Source: a virus. Taken from it: DNA of 64,000 nucleotides. The notes under the pieces were generated by a model. That model ran no database searches and was not told the DNA's origin. It was given only the letters and a program-made list of their open reading frames with translations. The DNA lies in the IMG/VR virus record IMGVR_UViG_3300020411_000003; one strand, 5' to 3'. Position 1 is the stretch's first letter. Every line of letters starts with the position of its first letter. Both the position numbers and the translations under genes were made by a program. Positions 58,801 through 64,000 of this stretch are shown in pieces.

Positions 58801-61353
58801 GATGACAGAAGTAAATCCGTAATCCTCTCTTACCGTTGCACCAGGATCTGTAATCGATCCACAATCGTGGATTGTTGTTGCTCCACCTGAGAGCCAAGGA
58901 TCGATTTCGTATGTCTGACCAAGAGGTATGGTTGCAACAACACCATTGAGACCAATTCTGATAATAGAAGTTGGTGATGTACCAGAGATATTCTGACTTG
59001 GTGTGATCTCGGTAATAGTACCGACACCAGGTAGACTTGCATAATCTCTGTACTCGTATAGATTCGTGGAAGAATCGTTGTAAGAGTAAGTTCTTCTCTT
59101 CTCTGTACTGATAAGAGTAGGTAGAACACCTGTACCTTCGTAAGCAAAGGATCTAAGTACAGGTTCTGCCGTTCCATCAGAAGCCCAAAGAGTACCAAAG
59201 GCATTCCAGTTAGGTGCGAATCTAACGTCAGCAACACCTCTAATTGGGAATAGAGCCTGTTTCTCATCTGGATTGAAGGATACAGATTCAACTGCTCCAC
59301 CAATCTTGTAAATCTGACCTTCACCAACGTAGTCAAATACACGTGAAGCTTCAGCATATACAATACTAAAGGCACGACCTTCACCGATGTATGGTCTAGT
59401 AACACTATAGGTTGCCTCACCAGTAACATCAATTGGAATAAATCCATTCCACTGTGGGTTGATACGTACCCAAGTCTCGGAACGAATCTTGATCGCTGCA
59501 TCGAATGTAATCTCTGCAACAAATCCTTTGGTTTGTGATGTATGTGTATTGCCAGTATAAAGGAATCCACCAAAAGGATACTGCCATACTGTCTGAGAAA
59601 TATATCCCCAATCAATATTTCCAGAGTAACCTTCAGCAACACTACCGTAATCAAAGGTAGAACCTGGTGTGTAATTAGATACAAGAGATACAGTGTATTC
59701 TGGATCTACTACCGCAACAACACCAACGTTGATTCTGACAACGGATCCTGTAGATGTACCTGAGAGGATCGTATTTGTAGTGATCTCCTCGATAGTAGCA
59801 GTTCCTGGTAACGGACCGAAGTCTGTATAACCAAATGGAACGATAGAACTATCGTTGTAATCCCATGTAACTCTCTCGTGGTATGCATCTCCAGTAAATA
59901 CAGGAATGACACCAAATGGTTGCTCACCAAATGTTCTCTTGACATTAGTGACTTCACCTGTGACAGGTATAGTACCAGAACCTCTCCAGTTAGGTACAAA
60001 GTTAACCTTGACGTTAGATTGTAGTGGAGCAATACCACCAGTACCAACGTAATCTGTGGTAACTCTCTCTTCACCACCACCAATTTTGTATAGGTTACCA
60101 GTACCCTCATAAGAGAATACAAATGCCTCGTCTGCTCTGGAGAAGTTGAACAGTACACCAGATCCAATTTCATTAGCAGTGATTCTCTCTGTGAGAACAC
60201 CACGAACCATACTCCTGACGAATCCATTCCATCTAGGTTTGGTTCTTCCTCTACCTTCACCCTGTACCTTGATTTCACCACGACCAATCCAATTAGGTAC
60301 GTAGTTTTGTTTAGCAGTACCCTTAAGTTGACCGATACCGTATGGGAACAGAGTACCAGTGATACTAAGATAACCCCAGTCAAGGTTGGTTGTCTTACCA
60401 ACAGATACTGGAGCATGTTCAATCGCAGTGGTATATGTACCAGAATGCGGTGCAACCTTAAATCCACCTGGATCTACAGTTGCAGTTATTGTAGGATTAA
60501 CTTGTACAACAGAACCAGTACTTATACCTGACAGTACTTGGTTTGTAGTAATGATTTGATAGGACTGTATCGGAATCGTTCCGTAGTCCTCATATTCGAA
60601 TGGAACAACAGCAGAACTATTATATGCGTATGTTCTTCTGTTATCTTCGCTATTAATATTAGGTAGAGTACCTGAACCCTCAAATCCAAATGTACGCTTA
60701 ACTTCTGAGACTTCTCCAGATATCTGGGCTGTACCTGATCCCACCCAGTTAGGTCTAAAGGAAACCCCTGCGTTACTTCTGAATCTGAATAGTCCTTTGG
60801 ACTCAATAGCAATACTTCTAGTAACTGTACCAGAACCAATCTTGTACAGTTCACCTTCACCAACTTCATTCTTCGCAAAAGATTCAGTAGTGAGGGACTG
60901 GATCCCAAACAGTCCAAAGACTTCGATGTCTGGAACCCAGTGTGTAACCGCACTGCCTGTAACTCGTACTGTACCAGTAACGATCCAAGGAGCCACCAGA
61001 CGATAGTAGGTGTCTCCCATTTCGAAGACAGTACCAGAACCAACCCATGCATGTAGTACTGTCCACTGTGTCGCAGTTTTCGGTCTGATAGTACCGAACG
61101 GACGGACAATATCCGTGTAAATTATTCTACCCCAATCATCAACTTCTACAGCTTCTACATCGTTGATAGATCCACCGTCAATAACGGTAGTGGGTGTTAA
61201 TGCTAATGAATTTAAACCGTAATCAAGTTCTATAAACGGTTCAATGCATGAAGGATCCCATGTATATGATGCTCTCTCACCACTAAAAATACGCAGCGCA
61301 AAACTAGACCCATAAGGTCCACCTATACCAGTTGTATAGACATGCGTTGCCAT
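55900..61353 (-). CDS. 1817 aa beta-repeat protein; distal half has all three sense frames open
   Basis: Recurrent G.G.I...G...E..TF units; SD-like GGAGGG upstream; protein-like composition only in this frame. Confidence 0.85.
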   Translation of the reverse strand: MATHVYTTGIGGPYGSSFALRIFSGERASYTWDPSCIEPFIELDYGLNSLALTPTTVIDGGSINDVEAVEVDDWGRIIYTDIVRPFGTIRPKTATQWTVLHAWVGSGTVFEMGDTYYRLVAPWIVTGTVRVTGSAVTHWVPDIEVFGLFGIQSLTTESFAKNEVGEGELYKIGSGTVTRSIAIESKGLFRFRSNAGVSFRPNWVGSGTAQISGEVSEVKRTFGFEGSGTLPNINSEDNRRTYAYNSSAVVPFEYEDYGTIPIQSYQIITTNQVLSGISTGSVVQVNPTITATVDPGGFKVAPHSGTYTTAIEHAPVSVGKTTNLDWGYLSITGTLFPYGIGQLKGTAKQNYVPNWIGRGEIKVQGEGRGRTKPRWNGFVRSMVRGVLTERITANEIGSGVLFNFSRADEAFVFSYEGTGNLYKIGGGEERVTTDYVGTGGIAPLQSNVKVNFVPNWRGSGTIPVTGEVTNVKRTFGEQPFGVIPVFTGDAYHERVTWDYNDSSIVPFGYTDFGPLPGTATIEEITTNTILSGTSTGSVVRINVGVVAVVDPEYTVSLVSNYTPGSTFDYGSVAEGYSGNIDWGYISQTVWQYPFGGFLYTGNTHTSQTKGFVAEITFDAAIKIRSETWVRINPQWNGFIPIDVTGEATYSVTRPYIGEGRAFSIVYAEASRVFDYVGEGQIYKIGGAVESVSFNPDEKQALFPIRGVADVRFAPNWNAFGTLWASDGTAEPVLRSFAYEGTGVLPTLISTEKRRTYSYNDSSTNLYEYRDYASLPGVGTITEITPSQNISGTSPTSIIRIGLNGVVATIPLGQTYEIDPWLSGGATTIHDCGSITDPGATVREDYGFTSVISSIRTKVSEYPFGKLVSFTSLAHDSQTKIFISDATEWDHAIKIRAEGEVRVPPQWVTNDPTLWTWSGAAECTVVIPPTTPPLFKFAGGYTDLKFITAEVGSAHMELSGTCQEAVVSDVFRFVVTDVSGTAAESFSLHFHGSGNLFTIGQSAEAITIDIPAFQADLTFGGLASQKFTASEQFTVDIDLSGTAIERQTDDWVGQSHTEIFNVSVVPLITKHWTGEGRIFNFSGAVEAVTFNPLELGALFDFTGRLDESRAIAIAGLVHTEVRGTASPAILTFAEQPFGRTEVYGQADILRTHAYTGDGQVFSVGGAAESFTLKLPEFTADAVLKGAVTQSFTFGGNIGFGSFTVFGEIADPLLTFAEQPLGDIYLSGDAIVVNVDIHFGEGGLFSIGAADEAITIKIPAFQADIAFRPEKAGISATYREIGQANLQIFGEVTEPILTFAEQPRIEVDIYGAGTSSKTKVWVGEGRIFSISGASESVTFVLPEFQADMVFKGFGSFKQTFSERFTIESKVRGTASVKYIPNWIGSGTTTIDVTSTFSRTKIFIGEGRIFNISGASESVTFNPEERQLLFSIGGTRATENVVWSPDEVPVPLDITGEAFERFTPNNIGSGTIYVDVDTSERIAKDFVGEGRIFNISGASESFTVNPDETTALFSIGGVSSQVVVRREIVFGTLFAFSGASESVGVVPEATGLFTFKGRAEEATTYAEVGFGNLFNFVTSIERRTFDWTSQVNLTISGVADEKHTEAYSGFGNLYNFSGAAETITFSPELYGVVHVFGAADTPRTRVTVGTGSFFTWNNASESRAIAVENVAIFDFLGVARQAVTRNILTDVTVEVRGSGAESFTRKGYVGEGSAQIYGESASSITRIEEGTGRIDVFEEDNVPLIVKAFVGSGNIPSLSSAEVLRVFSYDGHCPIEIDVSTTVIAPYQRFVSEGGIILHVGDADTRRIQVAPPRSYGWII

Positions 61354-61378
61354 TAATTCAAATACCCTCCACTAAAAT

Positions 61379-61407
61379 AAAAAAGGGGATCCAGTAATGA
61401 ATCCCCT
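61379..61407 (-). terminator. intrinsic terminator after the 462-aa gene
   Basis: GGGGATT-cattactg-GATCCCC followed by T6. Confidence 0.75.
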
Positions 61408-61438
61408 CACACATAATAATGAATTCAATTCGAACCAA

Positions 61439-62827
61439 TCAGTCGAGGCTGACGTTCAAGGTTACTTTAATTTGGTCACCTGCGTTCTGAATAGCGTAAG
61501 GACCATTCGTGAATCTCTCAGCGAAGAATATCGCATCATAGAGCGTCACAGAACCTGTACCATCAAGTGCTTTAGTAGTTGTGAAGGTATTTGCATCAGG
61601 TACTTCAAATACAATGTAAGTACCAGCAGTAGTTGTGGTATTACCTGTTCCCTGATCGATATAAACTGCATCGCCAGGAACTAATCCATGACCTGTAGCA
61701 GTTACTTTACTAAAGTCAAACTTAACAACATCATTACCGTTAGAAGTCTGAATGTTTTCAATCAGAACGTTATTGAGGTAAACAGTAACTGTTCCGTCTG
61801 CGTCATCAGTCTCATAATCGATACCAGTAATGACTGTGTTGGCATCAATACCATTAGGTGTAGTTGTTTGAGAAACTCTCATTCCAAGAGCAAGGTCTTC
61901 AGCGACATTTGCTTGGAATACTAAGTCACCACTAACAGCACCACCGTTTGCTTTGCTTAGATAAACTGTAGTACCAACGATTCCAGTAACACGTGCTCCC
62001 TGAGCAACGTTAGTTCCTGTAACACGCTGATCAACAGCAACACCAGTTGTAGATGTAACAACAACTTCGAACTCACCAGCAGTACCAGTAGCAGCAGTAG
62101 TAGCAGCAACAGCAGCAAGAGTAATGTAGTTGTTACCGATAGTTCCTCTTACACCAGACTTAGAAATCTGTGTTCCAGTAGCAGCAGTACCAGCATCAGC
62201 CACACCGTGAATGGTTGTAGGCATGTTGTTAGCACGTGAGAGGAAATAACCGTATACGTTACCAGCAGGACCATCAAAGGTAAATGTTTGCTCAGGATAA
62301 GAAGCAGTTGTTCTACCTCTACCAAAACTCAATGGTTGTGCAGTGAAGTTACCAGTGTTCTTAACACTTAAGTTAAGTGTAGTACCATCAATGTCTACAA
62401 CGTATGCACCAGTGCCGACAGAACCACCAGTAACATAGTCACCTTTTTTAATACCTGTGTTAGAAGCAACCGTAACTAGGTATGTACCAGATGTACCATC
62501 ACCATTAGTTGTAGTGACCGCAGTAGGCTCAGTTTCGATGCCCCAACGGTTACCGTTTAAAAGGATACCATACTGCTGTGCATAATCCTGATCAGTTCTA
62601 TTATTGATGATGCCAGGATAACCTGTAGTAGGTGCTCCACCATAACCGTTAGTGTTATTTTCGGTGTATGGTTCGAAATATCTTGTTTGAGAGGGAGTAT
62701 CACTCTCAGCAGGATATGTATCTGTTGTAAACAGCTTCAGAATAAGGTTTCTGGGAATGTTTTGAGAATAATTCAGCAGATTCCTTAAAGAATCAATTTC
62801 GCCGTTGTCGGTTACTAAGAGTGCCAT
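61439..62827 (-). CDS. 462 aa virion structural protein with internal Thr/Gly repeats
   Basis: Late promoter at 62864; repeated V.VGxxVTG...GA.V..I.GTT..LS units. Confidence 0.75.
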   Translation of the reverse strand: MALLVTDNGEIDSLRNLLNYSQNIPRNLILKLFTTDTYPAESDTPSQTRYFEPYTENNTNGYGGAPTTGYPGIINNRTDQDYAQQYGILLNGNRWGIETEPTAVTTTNGDGTSGTYLVTVASNTGIKKGDYVTGGSVGTGAYVVDIDGTTLNLSVKNTGNFTAQPLSFGRGRTTASYPEQTFTFDGPAGNVYGYFLSRANNMPTTIHGVADAGTAATGTQISKSGVRGTIGNNYITLAAVAATTAATGTAGEFEVVVTSTTGVAVDQRVTGTNVAQGARVTGIVGTTVYLSKANGGAVSGDLVFQANVAEDLALGMRVSQTTTPNGIDANTVITGIDYETDDADGTVTVYLNNVLIENIQTSNGNDVVKFDFSKVTATGHGLVPGDAVYIDQGTGNTTTTAGTYIVFEVPDANTFTTTKALDGTGSVTLYDAIFFAERFTNGPYAIQNAGDQIKVTLNVSLD

Positions 62828-62883
62828 TGGTTAACCTTTCCTAATTACGTTGCTATGTATGATTATTTATAACCACGAGGTAT

Positions 62884-63603
62884 TTATAGTTTTATCCTTA
62901 GTGCAACGCTAGCTTTACTGATGTTCAGCACATGGTTTACGTTGAATCTAAAGATGTCACCAGCATTAACTGTGGTGTTCCAAGTCGAAAGATTATCATC
63001 TTTCGCTTTTATTTCTGTAGAGGTATTTAGTACACCTAACTTTGGTGTTTCTGTACCTGTTATTGAAGTGAAATTCGGATAATCATCATACGCACACTTC
63101 AATATATCTATCTCAATATTACCTGCAATGTCTGCTACTAGAATCCAAGACTCGATAGTACCAGTAACATCAATTGCCATATCACCCTTTGGTCCAATTG
63201 CCATTGGGAATGATCCAGCATCGATAACAAAATTGAGAGTTCTAGTTAAATCTGCTGTTGTAACTAAAGCAACACCAGAAAATCTATGACCAGAAGTAGG
63301 AGGAGTACTAAAAACAATTTGATCGTTTGAAACGATATAGTCTGTATTTGGTTTCAGAACTACATCATTAATAGAGATCAATAATTGTTGTTCATCTATT
63401 GGTGTATATGGTGATCCGTCAACGGAAAGACTGAATGTGTCTTGTGTACCATCAAATCCACCAGAGATATCATCAAGAATTAAGTTTGTATACTGTGTAG
63501 ACTTGGTTGGAATCTGATAATTAACATCCAAGTTATACGCAGGGTTCTCTCTTAGAGCAACACTATGTTGCTGAGATCCAACTCTGACGGTATACTCTGC
63601 CAT
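62884..63603 (-). CDS. structural protein with baseplate/fibre-associated domain
   Basis: LDDIS..FDG...TF.L, LLISINDVVL.P..DY, IVFSTPP. Confidence 0.7.
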   Translation of the reverse strand: MAEYTVRVGSQQHSVALRENPAYNLDVNYQIPTKSTQYTNLILDDISGGFDGTQDTFSLSVDGSPYTPIDEQQLLISINDVVLKPNTDYIVSNDQIVFSTPPTSGHRFSGVALVTTADLTRTLNFVIDAGSFPMAIGPKGDMAIDVTGTIESWILVADIAGNIEIDILKCAYDDYPNFTSITGTETPKLGVLNTSTEIKAKDDNLSTWNTTVNAGDIFRFNVNHVLNISKASVALRIKL

Positions 63604-63938
63604 TAGGAAGATACTCCAGGAGTTACTTCAACTAATCCTTCAATAACTCTTGTCTTATATCCAGTTGGAGCAGTCAAGAGAATGTCATAGACATATCTTC
63701 TACGGTCTAACGCACCTGTTTCTGTACTATTCATGGAGATACCAATCTCACCTGAAGTTCTATTAACAAAAACAAGAGGTACAGCAATAGCATTCGCTGA
63801 TGCATGACTAGTTTTAAAATTAGCCTCACCAGTATATCCTGTCATGTTTAGTGGCGTACCATCTTTATTTGTGATAAAGAAAGTCACGTCAAAATTTGCA
63901 TGACGGTCAACGACTATATTTACAGGTATCGCTGCCAT
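63603..63938 (-). CDS. BppU-like small baseplate/adaptor protein
   Basis: PLNMTGYT, G.I.ISM....T..L...RYVYDILL, RVIEG.V.V.PGV; late promoter at 63959. Confidence 0.7.
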   Translation of the reverse strand: MAAIPVNIVVDRHANFDVTFFITNKDGTPLNMTGYTGEANFKTSHASANAIAVPLVFVNRTSGEIGISMNSTETGALDRRRYVYDILLTAPTGYKTRVIEGLVEVTPGVSS

Positions 63939-64000
63939 TAGACTCTAGAATTTAATCTTATTTAGTAGGTTTTTTAGGCGGTAATGGTTTTCCACCATTA

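Noticed and set aside
55884-58897. Calling the 960-aa and 756-aa alternative-frame ORFs as ordinary separate genes
   Set aside because: Their compositions are what a frame shift of the main gene's codons would give, and I see no recognisable domains or clear RBS. They are reported as a nucleotide-level phenomenon, not as CDS features.
58830-61109. +1-frame ORFs of 284, 252 and 195 aa in the 5' half of the 1817-aa gene
   Set aside because: The +1 frame is often open in this genome (similar L/V/Q-rich shadows in gp22, gp18 and others), and the +2 frame here has normal stop density.
47320-61353. Diversity-generating retroelement or invertase shufflon acting on the fibre genes
   Set aside because: No reverse transcriptase, recombinase, template/variable repeat pair differing at adenines, or inverted crossover sites are visible in the window. 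A trans-acting enzyme elsewhere cannot be excluded.
1-64000. tRNA, rRNA or CRISPR arrays
   Set aside because: Intergenic gaps are short and accounted for by promoters and terminators. I saw no cloverleaf or repeat-spacer pattern by eye; tRNAscan was not run.
1-64000. Alternative genetic code as the cause of the stop-free tract
   Set aside because: Core genes end in TAA, TAG and TGA at the expected lengths, and reassigning a stop would add such triplets rather than remove them from all frames.

Overview
64 kb segment of a T4-like marine cyanomyovirus (Kyanoviridae-type) genome. Nearly all genes are on the minus strand. From left to right it holds: a replication/recombination/transcription block (partial Dam-type methylase, gp44, gp45, CobS-like AAA ATPase with a zincin-vWA partner, gp46/47, pyrE, gp55, UvsW, UvsY); the head/tail/packaging block (gp3, 23, 22, 21, 20, 19, 18, 17, 16, 15, 14, 13); and an accessory structural region of large fibre-like proteins. 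That last region is interrupted by a late-promoter-driven cassette: ADP-heptose-type enzymes, a GT9 glycosyltransferase, two NodU/CmcH carbamoyltransferases and two 2OG-Fe(II) oxygenases, next to three paralogous proteins of about 11% Cys. The strongest unexplained signal is inside the 1817-aa repeat gene (55900-61353). About 2.2 kb of its coding strand (56630-58829) has no TAA, TAG or TGA in any frame, and 56039-59152 has only four. Synonymous codons are switched specifically before AA/AG/GA, and the effect begins abruptly near 59150. I found no tRNA, rRNA, CRISPR array, intron or intein by eye. All calls come from motif recognition and gene order; no database searches were run.
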